Position numbers and translations under genes: made by a program. The notes beneath the pieces were generated by a model. The model worked only from the letters and a program-made list of their open reading frames with translations, was not told where the DNA came from and searched no databases. 64,000 bases of DNA from a virus (taxonomy: Duplodnaviria; Caudoviricetes): the IMG/VR virus record IMGVR_UViG_3300050821_003742, positions 36 through 64,035 of that record. One strand, given 5' to 3'. Shown here piece after piece: positions 48,144 to 58,151 of this stretch (its first letter is position 1; each line of letters opens with the position of its first letter).

Positions 48144-49002
48144 GAAAAACGTAATCCTGCTAATAAGTTACGAATACGTAAATTACGAAGTTCTTTCTAC
48201 CCGTATAGCCGCTCTTTACCCAGCCACCGTCCACGTAGCATCAAAGAATGGTCTTGGCAGGGTGGTTCTAAACTCCAAAACACGTATCAAGGCCGTTCCC
48301 ATCGAGTGGCGTCCCAACTATCAGAAGTCCAAGCTTGAAACGAACTTTGATGAGGCCCTAATATTCTGGGATGGCAACGCCTATAACCGCGTACCCGGGG
48401 AATGCAACCTTTTCAGCTCCGCCAAGTTCTTCGAATCTCACAATATCCCCTTTACGGTGATAGGCCCTGACGCGAAAGAGGTTGCACCATCCACTTTCTA
48501 TGCTACATTCCAAGGAGAACATAAAATGGGCACTAGACCCAATGTAATAGTCGATAAACCGGTAGAACAACAGTCCTACGGTAACGACGGCAGCAAAACC
48601 AACACCAGAATCAGGGTGACTATCTCTATTCCGGAAGAAATGTACCAGCAATACGAAACTCAAGCCAAGCTTGCAAAGGTAACCGTAGAGAAAGTGTTAA
48701 GCGACAGGCTGCGGCAGTGCGTAGATCACACTAGCGGTCGTGGTTTGTACTTCACCGATGCTCAAAGGTCCGATATCGAACGTATTACCGGCGGACATCT
48801 CATCATGAGTGCTGAACAGGCCCTGGAGAAGATCAAAACTACGGTAAACCTCAAAGTTGGCGACATCAACGTTGAAGTAACTGACAGAGTTCTTGCAAGA
48901 TGCGCCAGTAGGGCCAGGGCAGAGCGAAAAGACTTTGAAACCTACGTAAAGAAGGAAGTTATTCAAGGATTAGAAAGATCTACGGGTTTAAGGCCGTGGT
49001 GA
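48136..49002 (+). CDS. SLOG/YspA-like domain fused to ribbon-helix-helix-like repeats
   Basis: DEALIFWDG...IPFTVI; RVTISIPEEMYQQY..AK..VTVE and VEVTDRVL..C..RA. Confidence 0.5.
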   Translation: MTEKNVILLISYEYVNYEVLSTRIAALYPATVHVASKNGLGRVVLNSKTRIKAVPIEWRPNYQKSKLETNFDEALIFWDGNAYNRVPGECNLFSSAKFFESHNIPFTVIGPDAKEVAPSTFYATFQGEHKMGTRPNVIVDKPVEQQSYGNDGSKTNTRIRVTISIPEEMYQQYETQAKLAKVTVEKVLSDRLRQCVDHTSGRGLYFTDAQRSDIERITGGHLIMSAEQALEKIKTTVNLKVGDINVEVTDRVLARCASRARAERKDFETYVKKEVIQGLERSTGLRPW

Positions 49003-49104
49003 CCAATGTAGAATCAATGCCTGAAGTTGATTCCGTGAGAGGGAAACGGTGGGCGGCCTGTTCCGTGTGGCAAAAACAGGTAGTTGGTTATAAAAGGAGA
49101 TAAC

Positions 49105-49317
49105 ATGGCAAAACAGAGAATCCCAATCGCAACATCTCACGATACCGACCCCGAAGGTAGCCGTCCCGAGAGCGATTTCGAGCATTCCCAGCGTTATTTG
49201 AACGACATTGATCGCAACACCTGGCGCGGGACTCATGCGCCGGCAAAGGGCGCTAAGGGGTTGGTCCACAAGATTTCCGTAGCTGAAAACGCACCACATA
49301 TCTTCAAAGCTGTTTAA
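49105..49317 (+). CDS. Hypothetical protein
   Basis: RBS AAAGGAG. Confidence 0.5.
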   Translation: MAKQRIPIATSHDTDPEGSRPESDFEHSQRYLNDIDRNTWRGTHAPAKGAKGLVHKISVAENAPHIFKAV

Positions 49318-49328
49318 TAGGAGCTAAA

Positions 49329-49466
49329 ATGGCGAAGGAACACAAGGATTTCAAGGAAAAGCCGATCTTTGGCAAGTCTGGTGGCGGAAAACAGGGTAAA
49401 TTCGGCGATGGCATGAAATCCAAGGGCAGCGGTCTCAAACCCAAGGGCTCCAAGAAAAAGTACTAA
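49329..49466 (+). CDS. Small K/G-rich basic protein
   Basis: 45-aa ORF read by eye, RBS AGGAG. Confidence 0.55.
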   Translation: MAKEHKDFKEKPIFGKSGGGKQGKFGDGMKSKGSGLKPKGSKKKY

Positions 49467-49470
49467 TACA

Positions 49471-49851
49471 ATGCCAAAGTTCCTCGACTTAGAGTGTCCG
49501 TGCGGCGCTGAAGTTACGGATATGTTCGTAATGAGGGTTCCAGAACACGTTATCCACATGGAATGCGGAAAAGAGATGGAACCTGTGTACCGTGTACGGA
49601 AAAAAGCCGTACAGGCCCAATGGTCCGATAGGGACGCAGTTGTGATATACCAGAAGCCAGATGGCTCCTTTGCGTATCCGGGCCGTAATGACCAGAGTAC
49701 TCCTGCTGGCTATGAACGCATTACTCTACGTTCTCTTCGTGAAGTTGAGGCCCATGAAAAGAAAGCTAATGTTCGCTCTGAAATGGCTTGGTTCGACCGA
49801 GGAAGCGGAAGAGGGTTTGACGACCAATACCGTGGAGAAAGATACACCTAA
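49471..49851 (+). CDS. FmdB-like Zn-ribbon protein
   Basis: MP...LECPCG..H.ECG.EM; lies before the portal. Confidence 0.6.
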   Translation: MPKFLDLECPCGAEVTDMFVMRVPEHVIHMECGKEMEPVYRVRKKAVQAQWSDRDAVVIYQKPDGSFAYPGRNDQSTPAGYERITLRSLREVEAHEKKANVRSEMAWFDRGSGRGFDDQYRGERYT

Positions 49852-50016
49852 TGCGCCGTGAATATTCCATTTCCAACCTGCGGTGGATTTATGAATGTTG
49901 GAAGCTTAAAGATTTTTCAACGTGGCATTGTTTACGATGTGTAATCAACGGTTGGCATCCATTACCAGATAGGATATTTGTAGCAACTCCATTTCTTTCT
50001 TTTCTAAAGGATAAAC

Positions 50017-51936
50017 GTGGCTGAGCCGCAACCACCGAAAGGAGCACTGAACGAAGATGAGAAGGCTCATCTTGATGAGGTATTAGGCTGGGCCAACGAG
50101 GCATTAACCGAAGGCGAAGCGTTTATCAAGTCCCAGGTAGGCTACTCCAACATATCCACCTGCATTGACTACATCATGGGAGATTACTCCAGAGATCTTA
50201 CTCCCGGATCATTCTCCCGCATTATCGACAACCGTTTTGGCAAGATAGCCCTGGATTTCGCCGGTGCAATGACCGATATCAAGCCCTTTTGGGAATATCA
50301 CACCTTCAACAAGAAATTCGAGCCCCAGGGCGATATGGCCAACAAGCTCACCAAGCATTGGTGGACTTCACGGCTTATTGACCTGAAGTTCGCGGATTGC
50401 ATAAAATATGCCGAGGTAGCAGGAAGTGGTTACGCGCATCTTTTTTACAACGAAATGCTGGGTGATAACGACTGTGCGCCCGAGGACCCCCGTGACGTAT
50501 TACCGATTCGTCCCGCCAACAATATCGTCCTCCAGGATGCAATGGGAGTCATTACCCGAAGAGAACGACCCCTTAATTATTTACGGGATAAATATCCTAG
50601 ACAGTTCGCAAGAGGACTGATTAGGGCCGACCGCGATGCTGCGGCGGCCACCATGGAGAAGATCACCCGTGCCCAAAACCTCATGTCCAGAATGGGTTTC
50701 TCCGGTTTTATGCAGAACCTGTGGGCGTCTCTTGGCGGTAAACCCTCAGCCCACATGGTCATACCATCTGCCGATGTGTTTACCATGCATGTCAAGGATA
50801 ATCACCGAAATGAAACCAGTAGTAAGGTATGGGTTGGAGAAGGCACTCCTGAAAAATCACCCAACTGGTCCTACTGGGTAGAACCCGGTGAACTTATATA
50901 TCCTCGTGGCCGTACTATTGTATTTACTAGAACTTGCGTGTTGCGCGATGGTCCTAATATTTATTGGCATGGCCTATTTCCCATCGTAAAGATTCCCCTT
51001 GATCCCTGGCCCTGGACCTTCCTTGGAAAGCCTCCTCTCATGGACGTTCTAACCATGCAGGACGAGCTCAACCGCTTAATGCGCGGCGTAGCAGATCACA
51101 ATCAAAAGGTCTTCCGTCCCGACTTAGTGGCCGACAAAAATTCAATGAGCCGAGCCGCAATGGCAGCTGTCGATACCCGCAAGTCGGGACTGAAGCTTAG
51201 AACCAACCCCGTGGCTGGCAAAGCAGCCGAATTCGTCTATGCTCAGCCTCTAGATCCGTCGGTGCAAGATTCCATCATAGATTTACGTGATGAAATGGAT
51301 AAAATCACCGGAACCCGGGATATGCAACAATTTATGAATCTCGGCCAAATTCCATCCACAGAAACAGTAGAAAAGATCCTGGAAGCGATGTCGCCGGCAA
51401 TTCGCATGCGCAGTCGGGTACTAGAGGCCGCTCTGCGCGAATTCGCCATGATGACCCTATCCAACACGATGCAGTTCTATACTTTGCAGGATAGACTGGC
51501 AATACTGGGCGAGCAAGGTATGACTTTTGAAGATGCCGACAACGATCCCGGTACCATGATTCCCGCATTCATGTCACAGGAGGACCAAAGGAGTGGAAAG
51601 AATGTTGATCGTCATATACGTGCTCGCTGGTTTCTTAAGCAGTTTACTTACGACATTGCTCCCGGATCTCTATTATCAGCGAGTGAGGTTACAAGTAAGT
51701 TACTCTACATTCAGCTTTTCCGGGCTGGCGTACTCGACGTGTGGACGCTCTGGGAAAAATTGGGAATACCTAACGCCGGAATGCCTCCTGGCGGAGAGAT
51801 CACCATCACCGACAGACTTCAGGCTCAAAATCAAATGGGACTTGGACAGCAAGTAAGCACTACCGGACGTAAGGCTTCTGGTGAGACAATGCCCAAAGTA
51901 AAAGCCTCTACGGGGGGCATAACTGAATCAAAATGA
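50017..51936 (+). CDS. Portal protein (P22-like)
   Basis: 639 aa after TerL; GSGY, DPRDV, MQDELNRL, MDKITG motifs. Confidence 0.85.
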   Translation: MAEPQPPKGALNEDEKAHLDEVLGWANEALTEGEAFIKSQVGYSNISTCIDYIMGDYSRDLTPGSFSRIIDNRFGKIALDFAGAMTDIKPFWEYHTFNKKFEPQGDMANKLTKHWWTSRLIDLKFADCIKYAEVAGSGYAHLFYNEMLGDNDCAPEDPRDVLPIRPANNIVLQDAMGVITRRERPLNYLRDKYPRQFARGLIRADRDAAAATMEKITRAQNLMSRMGFSGFMQNLWASLGGKPSAHMVIPSADVFTMHVKDNHRNETSSKVWVGEGTPEKSPNWSYWVEPGELIYPRGRTIVFTRTCVLRDGPNIYWHGLFPIVKIPLDPWPWTFLGKPPLMDVLTMQDELNRLMRGVADHNQKVFRPDLVADKNSMSRAAMAAVDTRKSGLKLRTNPVAGKAAEFVYAQPLDPSVQDSIIDLRDEMDKITGTRDMQQFMNLGQIPSTETVEKILEAMSPAIRMRSRVLEAALREFAMMTLSNTMQFYTLQDRLAILGEQGMTFEDADNDPGTMIPAFMSQEDQRSGKNVDRHIRARWFLKQFTYDIAPGSLLSASEVTSKLLYIQLFRAGVLDVWTLWEKLGIPNAGMPPGGEITITDRLQAQNQMGLGQQVSTTGRKASGETMPKVKASTGGITESK

Positions 51937-52151
51937 GCGACCCTACCAGAATCGACGCTGGCATCAGCAAGGATGATCTCCACATTGAAATCATCGTCAA
52001 TCCCACTAACAAGTCTATCTCCATCAAGGAGAATGTAAACGATCCCATCCTATTCCAATACCTTATGGGTCAAGCGTTACAAACATATAGCCAGCGTCAA
52101 ATGAAGATTCGCGCCGAAATGAATAGCCGACGCATAACGGTGCCGCAATGA
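51933..52151 (+). CDS. Hypothetical protein
   Basis: ATGA-coupled to the next gene and overlapping the portal stop. Confidence 0.5.
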   Translation: MSDPTRIDAGISKDDLHIEIIVNPTNKSISIKENVNDPILFQYLMGQALQTYSQRQMKIRAEMNSRRITVPQ

Positions 52152-54847
52152 AACGTTTCCTAATACTTGCAGTTATTTGCCTGGGTTTCGTAGCAACATC
52201 TAAAGCCCAGACTCCTCCGGTCTGCACTTTTGCCCAGGTAGCATTCAACTCCGTAAACAACACCTTTGAGTATCATTGCCCCAACACTAATCAGTGGTTT
52301 CCGGCAACAATTACCGGTGGTGGCGGAGGTGGTACGGGAAACGGATTATTGGACCCAGGTGCAAACGGTATCGTTCTTAGAACCGCTGTAGATATCACAA
52401 CAATAGCTACTTCTGCGGATATTATTGCTTTGTTTGGTGGCACCTGTGGACCCTCCAGCTTCCTTCGCGGTGACGGTACTTGCGCGACTGTAAATGCCTT
52501 TACTTATCCTTCTGCGGGCATAGCGGTATCTGCGGGAACATCTGGGCCATGGTCTGCATCGTTGCAAGTAGGAACTGCTCCAAACAACCTTGTTCAATTA
52601 AATAACAGTAGCCAGCTTCCTGCTGTAAGTGCTGCAAACCTAACTAACTTCCCTACGCTCAATCAAAACACCACTGGAAACGCAGCTACGGCAACGTCAT
52701 TATCTGCTACTCCGGTTATATGCGGTCCAAATCAAGCGCCAAGAGGAATCGTAACTAACGGAAATTCTACGGGTTGCCAATCAATTCAGGCCAGTCCTGC
52801 TCCGGCTACTTCCATACAATATGCAGCCGGAACTTGTACCGGTGGAATTCCTTGCGTGGATACCAACGACGGAGTTTCGTGGGGAACCGCCAAGTTATCA
52901 ATTGACAGGGCCCTTGCGGCTCTTCCAGGTGGAATTGGAAAACAAGCCGGAAAGGGAACCATATTTGTTGGTCCCGGAGCTGTAAGTAACTCCGCCGGCG
53001 CCCAATATGGAATATGGCTTATGGGTAGCAAGGACCCCAATTTCAATACTCCTCCAACCGGTTGGATGGTATGTGTTCAGGGTGGACCGGCATGCGATGT
53101 ATATATCGTGGGAACCCCCAACGATGGTTTTGGTCCCAATACACACAAGCCCAAGGTTGGAATGAATGCATCTGGTGGAGGCTTCGATACACACCATCCT
53201 GCAGTATGGATATCGGGTACTGCCGGAGTATGGATGTCCAATCTTGATTTTCAGTATCCGGGAAGAGGATTGGTTATCGGAGAATGTTCAACCGGACTAA
53301 GGGACGGAACTTGCGCGGTAACCAATTCTACCTTTGAAAATGATGCATTTTTGCTAAACCAATTGCCGGGAAATGGTCCGTGTACCGACATTACAGGAGC
53401 TAGTTTCTGGCTATGGTTTAGAGATTTTGGCTGCGGTGGTAACGCTGTTAATGCTTCTGGCGGTATAACTGCGAACAATGCAGCGGCTATGTTAATTGAT
53501 GGCACCGGTAACACTGGAAATGGATTAATACATGTTACCGACACCTCGTTTGCCGCTGGCGGAATTAAATTTATCCCCGGTCCCAATGGCGGGGGACTCT
53601 ACGCTGACAACATCAACGAAGAGGGAGACTTCGTTCACCAGATGCCCCCGGTTGTATGGTTTACCAGTTTCCCGGTACAAACGGATTGTAAACTATCTAA
53701 CATACAACTAATCGACTCTGCTTCATCTACTGTTGTTGTAGAGAATGACGGTGGCGGTCCGGGATGCACTATTCTCAATGCTCTTGGGCAAATTACCGGA
53801 GCCAACGTTGTCGTTAGCCAAGATATTAGAACTCTTATACAGAACAGTCCCAATCCAAGAGGACAAAGGCAGGTTGGATTCTTCAACGGGTATGAAGTTG
53901 GAGAAAATGACGTAGCTCGCCGCATAGCGGGAATTACCCCAGCTAGGTTTACAAACTTAGCTACAAGCTTTGCCAGTGGATGGACCTTAAGTAGCGCCCC
54001 TGGAAATACGTTGACAACGGGAATTCTTGATCCGTTTGGAGGTACCTCAGCCGGTACTATTTCATCTACTGGCGCCGGAGGTGCCGTATTTCTTTCTCCG
54101 GGAAGCGGCAGTTGTACTCAGGCATATACCCCCACTTCTGGTGATTGGCTTATTACCGGTGGTTGGGTAGAACTTTCTTACGTAGTTACCAATCCTCCCA
54201 TAAACTTTAACTATTGTTCATTTCCCACTCCTACGTTTTCTCAGACCTTTTCTAACCTTCCTATTACTAAGCCAGATGGTGGAAGTTGGTCCTTCGTATG
54301 GACTGCCAGCAAGGTTTCCGGTGGGAGTGCAACCCATCTAGGTTCAGCTGCTTCATTCTCTCTTGGCTTTCCTCTTACCATCTATGGACCGGTTCTTTAC
54401 ATCATTCCAGCTGGAACCATAAGCGATAACGAAGTTTTAGAGTTTGTTTCCAGCATGAATTCCGTGGATACCAATTGCCCAGCAGGTTCCGTATGTACTA
54501 TTCAGGGACATCCATTGGTAGCTGATACGTATGGAACTATACTGGATTGCGCCGATCCATCTTCTCCGGCAGTGTGTGGTGCTTCGGCAACAGGAAGCAT
54601 TGCGGTTCCCGCTGGAGCAAACTCCACCCTAACCGTAGGGGCCAACAGGGTTACTGCAAAGAGCCAGATACTTTTAACCATCGATGCCAGTTTGGGAACA
54701 AGGCTTAGTGTTACTTGTAATACTACCGCTGCGACCTTGGTTCAGCCGTTTGTAACATCTAGAACTCCCGGAACCGGTTTTACAATAGAAGTTCCGGCAA
54801 CAACATCTGTGAATCCAGTATGTGTAAGTTATATGATTATCAACTGA
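52148..54847 (+). CDS. Beta-helix spike/fibre protein with Sec signal
   Basis: MKRFLILAVICLGFVATSKA|Q; LNQNTTGNAATAT fibre motif; NDG.SWGTAK.SI..A beta-helix cap; many Cys pairs. Confidence 0.7.
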   Translation: MKRFLILAVICLGFVATSKAQTPPVCTFAQVAFNSVNNTFEYHCPNTNQWFPATITGGGGGGTGNGLLDPGANGIVLRTAVDITTIATSADIIALFGGTCGPSSFLRGDGTCATVNAFTYPSAGIAVSAGTSGPWSASLQVGTAPNNLVQLNNSSQLPAVSAANLTNFPTLNQNTTGNAATATSLSATPVICGPNQAPRGIVTNGNSTGCQSIQASPAPATSIQYAAGTCTGGIPCVDTNDGVSWGTAKLSIDRALAALPGGIGKQAGKGTIFVGPGAVSNSAGAQYGIWLMGSKDPNFNTPPTGWMVCVQGGPACDVYIVGTPNDGFGPNTHKPKVGMNASGGGFDTHHPAVWISGTAGVWMSNLDFQYPGRGLVIGECSTGLRDGTCAVTNSTFENDAFLLNQLPGNGPCTDITGASFWLWFRDFGCGGNAVNASGGITANNAAAMLIDGTGNTGNGLIHVTDTSFAAGGIKFIPGPNGGGLYADNINEEGDFVHQMPPVVWFTSFPVQTDCKLSNIQLIDSASSTVVVENDGGGPGCTILNALGQITGANVVVSQDIRTLIQNSPNPRGQRQVGFFNGYEVGENDVARRIAGITPARFTNLATSFASGWTLSSAPGNTLTTGILDPFGGTSAGTISSTGAGGAVFLSPGSGSCTQAYTPTSGDWLITGGWVELSYVVTNPPINFNYCSFPTPTFSQTFSNLPITKPDGGSWSFVWTASKVSGGSATHLGSAASFSLGFPLTIYGPVLYIIPAGTISDNEVLEFVSSMNSVDTNCPAGSVCTIQGHPLVADTYGTILDCADPSSPAVCGASATGSIAVPAGANSTLTVGANRVTAKSQILLTIDASLGTRLSVTCNTTAATLVQPFVTSRTPGTGFTIEVPATTSVNPVCVSYMIIN

Positions 54848-54848
54848 T

Positions 54849-57227
54849 ATGGCTAACACTCAAGTACTAGCGTCTGACAATTGGGCTGGAGGCTCATTAT
54901 CCGCTAGTTGGGCTGTACTATTCGGTATCCTTAAAGGGCAGGTAGTTGGCACCACGCCAAAACTGGTTGAGCCGAATGCAACGAGCACAGAAGCCGGGCA
55001 GATTTGGACTGCTCTAGGTGTTCTAGGAGAGCAAAACTCCGCAGTCGTAGTACAGACATTGACTAATGAAGCCGGTACATTTCTTTCTTTGCATGTCAGG
55101 TTTGCCTCCGGAACCAAGTCTGGCTATCGCATGGATATCGCCAATGCCAAGCTGAATATCTATCGTTGGGATGCCGGAACGCCAACGCACCTTGGTGCTA
55201 CGGACTTAGCCATCACAGCTCCTGTGGCTGGTGATGTCATCAGATTTCAAGCCGCCGGTGCTGCGCTAACTGTTTACATTAACGGAAGGCTTATTGAATC
55301 CGTATACGACGGTACTTACACAACCGGCTATCCGGGATTCTCGCAATACTCTTCAGTAGCTATAGCTCATACACAAGTTGCTTCTTGGGCTTGCTACTCG
55401 AACGTTAATCAGGACGGTATCTGGCAGAAGCAAGGTGTTACGTTTGCGCCTATAACTGGTGACTTGCCGAATGGTATTCAGTGCCACAGTCCAATCATCT
55501 ACGAGGGTAACGCGCAGATACTTTCGGGCACCGTCTATAAGATGTGGTTCGACAATTTCACTAGTATGTATTATGCTGAATCGACAGACGGTATTACTTG
55601 GACAAGGAAAGCCGCTTCTCTACTAGGACCGGGATTAACCAATACCTCCGTTTTTAAAGTCGGTTCAACTTACTACGCTTATGTGGAACAGAACTCCAAC
55701 GCCAATGGCCCTATTCAAGCTTACACTAGTTCTGATGGCATTACTTTCACGCAGCAGAATGCTTCAGCCATCGCTATCGGCGGAGTGGGTACGTGGGATC
55801 ATGCCAACCTTGGGGGAATTTTTGCACTTACAGTAGTTGCCGGAACTTGGTACGCTTATTATGGTGGATGCGCGAATCTGGCCACTACGCCATTTTCATC
55901 CGGCCTAGCTACTTCAACCGATGGCATCACTTGGACTAAATATGTAAGCAATCCGGTATTGAGCCAGAAAGGTAATTTCTTCGGCCTCGTTGTAGTCAAT
56001 GGAAAGTATTATACTTGGGTACAATCGAATCAGCCCGGGCAAGGTTCCGCCGCTCCTTTTTTCGATCCAGTTGAGAGTATTCGTTATGTTTCTACCGATC
56101 TACTAACTTGGACACTTGATAGCCACTCTACGCAGAACACGCAGGGTTTCGAGTCTTATAATAGCGTAACTGGCTACGCCACTGGCGGAAATCTCATTGA
56201 CGTAGGTGGAGTAGCTTACAATTACTTGACCGTTGGAACCGGTGACGTAGCGGGAGCTATCGTTGGCCAAGTGCAACTGGCAATAGGTCCAGCTGCTACA
56301 TCGTCCATTGTTACTAAGTCTGAAAGTGCCTGGACTCAGGTAGCTACCGATGGCTTCACCTCTGGAAACGGAGATTTAAGCGGTAATTGGGTAACTCCCA
56401 CAGGTGGAACGAAACTTAAGATTGTCTCCACTAATCTTTGTGAGCCAACTGCGGCAGCCACTAACTGCCAGATGCTTTATACCGGAACATCATTCTCAAA
56501 TGACCAATATTCCGAAATAACCATTGCGACTATGGGCGGAGAGCCGGATTTTTGCCAACCCATCGTCCGCGGGCAAACTGGAGCCAAAAGTTTTTATGCC
56601 GTGTTGATTGCAGGACCTACCGGCTCAGCATACGCAGCACAGGCGTACATCTATAAGGTAGTGTCTGGAAGTAGTACGCAACTAAGTTCTACGGCTCCGC
56701 AGATTACACCGCAAGTTGGAGATGTTTTCAGGCTTCAGGCAGTTGGCTCTAGCCCGGTGCAATTGTCATTTTACCAGAATGGGTTTCTGATCCTTACGGC
56801 TGAAGATTGGTCCAATGCATTCACTTCTGGCTCTCCTGGAATTCAACAATACGCACAAACGACACTTGCGAATGCACAATTAAGTCTATGGGCAGGTGGA
56901 AATGCTGCGGTTATTCCTACTTATGGAATTACCGTAAGCGGAACAATAGTAGATAGCCACGGAGCTGCACTTTCTGGAGTTACGGTTGCTTTTACGGGAC
57001 AATCCAGCACTACCACGGACGGTTCTGGAAATTATTCATTTGCGGGTATTGTCGATGGTTCTTACACAATTACACCATCAAAAACAAACTATAATTTTGT
57101 TCCACAGAGCACACCTGTAACGGTTTCAGGGGTAGATGTTCCCGGTGAGAATTTCACTGCCTATACTAATGTAACTAGCGCTAGTGGTGGTTTGCCAGTA
57201 AACTTCTTTGGTAATACTGTAGATTAA
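54849..57227 (+). CDS. Glycan-binding virion-type protein: lectin-like, beta-propeller (Asp-box), lectin-like, CarboxypepD-like Ig
   Basis: Four S(T/S)D(G/L)(I/L)T(W/F) Asp-boxes; TTTDGSGNYSF; no signal peptide. Confidence 0.65.
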   Translation: MANTQVLASDNWAGGSLSASWAVLFGILKGQVVGTTPKLVEPNATSTEAGQIWTALGVLGEQNSAVVVQTLTNEAGTFLSLHVRFASGTKSGYRMDIANAKLNIYRWDAGTPTHLGATDLAITAPVAGDVIRFQAAGAALTVYINGRLIESVYDGTYTTGYPGFSQYSSVAIAHTQVASWACYSNVNQDGIWQKQGVTFAPITGDLPNGIQCHSPIIYEGNAQILSGTVYKMWFDNFTSMYYAESTDGITWTRKAASLLGPGLTNTSVFKVGSTYYAYVEQNSNANGPIQAYTSSDGITFTQQNASAIAIGGVGTWDHANLGGIFALTVVAGTWYAYYGGCANLATTPFSSGLATSTDGITWTKYVSNPVLSQKGNFFGLVVVNGKYYTWVQSNQPGQGSAAPFFDPVESIRYVSTDLLTWTLDSHSTQNTQGFESYNSVTGYATGGNLIDVGGVAYNYLTVGTGDVAGAIVGQVQLAIGPAATSSIVTKSESAWTQVATDGFTSGNGDLSGNWVTPTGGTKLKIVSTNLCEPTAAATNCQMLYTGTSFSNDQYSEITIATMGGEPDFCQPIVRGQTGAKSFYAVLIAGPTGSAYAAQAYIYKVVSGSSTQLSSTAPQITPQVGDVFRLQAVGSSPVQLSFYQNGFLILTAEDWSNAFTSGSPGIQQYAQTTLANAQLSLWAGGNAAVIPTYGITVSGTIVDSHGAALSGVTVAFTGQSSTTTDGSGNYSFAGIVDGSYTITPSKTNYNFVPQSTPVTVSGVDVPGENFTAYTNVTSASGGLPVNFFGNTVD

Positions 57228-57235
57228 GGAGCTAT

Positions 57236-57556
57236 ATGCTATATCAGACTCAAGTAACCATTGCATCGACGGGAACGGCGGTTCCCTTGGCAACTACGGG
57301 GACTACGGCCAAGCCACTACATGCTACGTGGGTTCAAATACAAAGCTTTTCTGCCAATAATGCTGCAGGTCTAACTATCGGCGGTAAGCCCGCTACGCCC
57401 AGCGTGGCTTCTGGTGCCAACCCTGGTGTCGTATTGGCTCCTAGTGGTATTCAGTTTCTACCGGCTACCGGAGCTCCCGGTGCGTATCATCTAACGGAGA
57501 TCTACGTTAACGGTACCACTGGCGATATCGCCAACGTCCTGTACTTCAAGCGGTAA
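57236..57556 (+). CDS. Small beta-rich structural protein
   Basis: RBS AAGGAG; head-gene context. Confidence 0.5.
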   Translation: MLYQTQVTIASTGTAVPLATTGTTAKPLHATWVQIQSFSANNAAGLTIGGKPATPSVASGANPGVVLAPSGIQFLPATGAPGAYHLTEIYVNGTTGDIANVLYFKR

Positions 57557-57609
57557 GGCTTCAGTTGAAAGGGGTTGCGTGAATTCCCCTGATAGGATTG
57601 ACTACAGTC

Positions 57610-58151
57610 ATGGCTAAAGATGGTCATTGGATGGAGCATGCCGCTGCCAAGATGAAGGCGAAAGGCACTGTAGGTAGTTTCGGAAAGGTTACTCCTAAAA
57701 AGATTAAGGCTGGCTTGGCTAAGGGTGGTAAGCAGGCTAAAAAAGCAGCATTTGCTAAGGCGGCGCTAAAAGCGAAACACTGATGCCAGCGGTAAGCAAA
57801 GCACAGCAGAAGGTTATGGCGATTGCGGAGCACGAACCCGGCAAGCTGTATGCGCGTAACAAGGACCTATCAAAGATGAGTCATTCGCAGTTACATGATT
57901 TTGCCGCAACGCCCACCAAGGGGTTGAGGCAGCACGTAGATAAAACGGTATCCCGCGGTAAAAGCGTTTCTAAAAGGAGCAAGTAAATGGCTAAGGATTT
58001 GGTTTCAGGTTCTCCCAGCGATTCTATCGCTACTAAACACGGCGGGTCAGTCAAGCAGTTGACCCATACCAAGCATCCCGGTGGACATGCGAAGCACAGT
58101 AGCGGCCACAAGGGTGGCAAGTCGCACGGTCCTCACGGGAAAAAGATGTAA
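57610..58151 (+). other. Three small basic proteins (57610-57783, 57783-57986, 57987-58151)
   Basis: K/A-rich, MPAVSKAQQ-type and K/H/G-rich ORFs with abutting or overlapping stops/starts. Confidence 0.6.
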
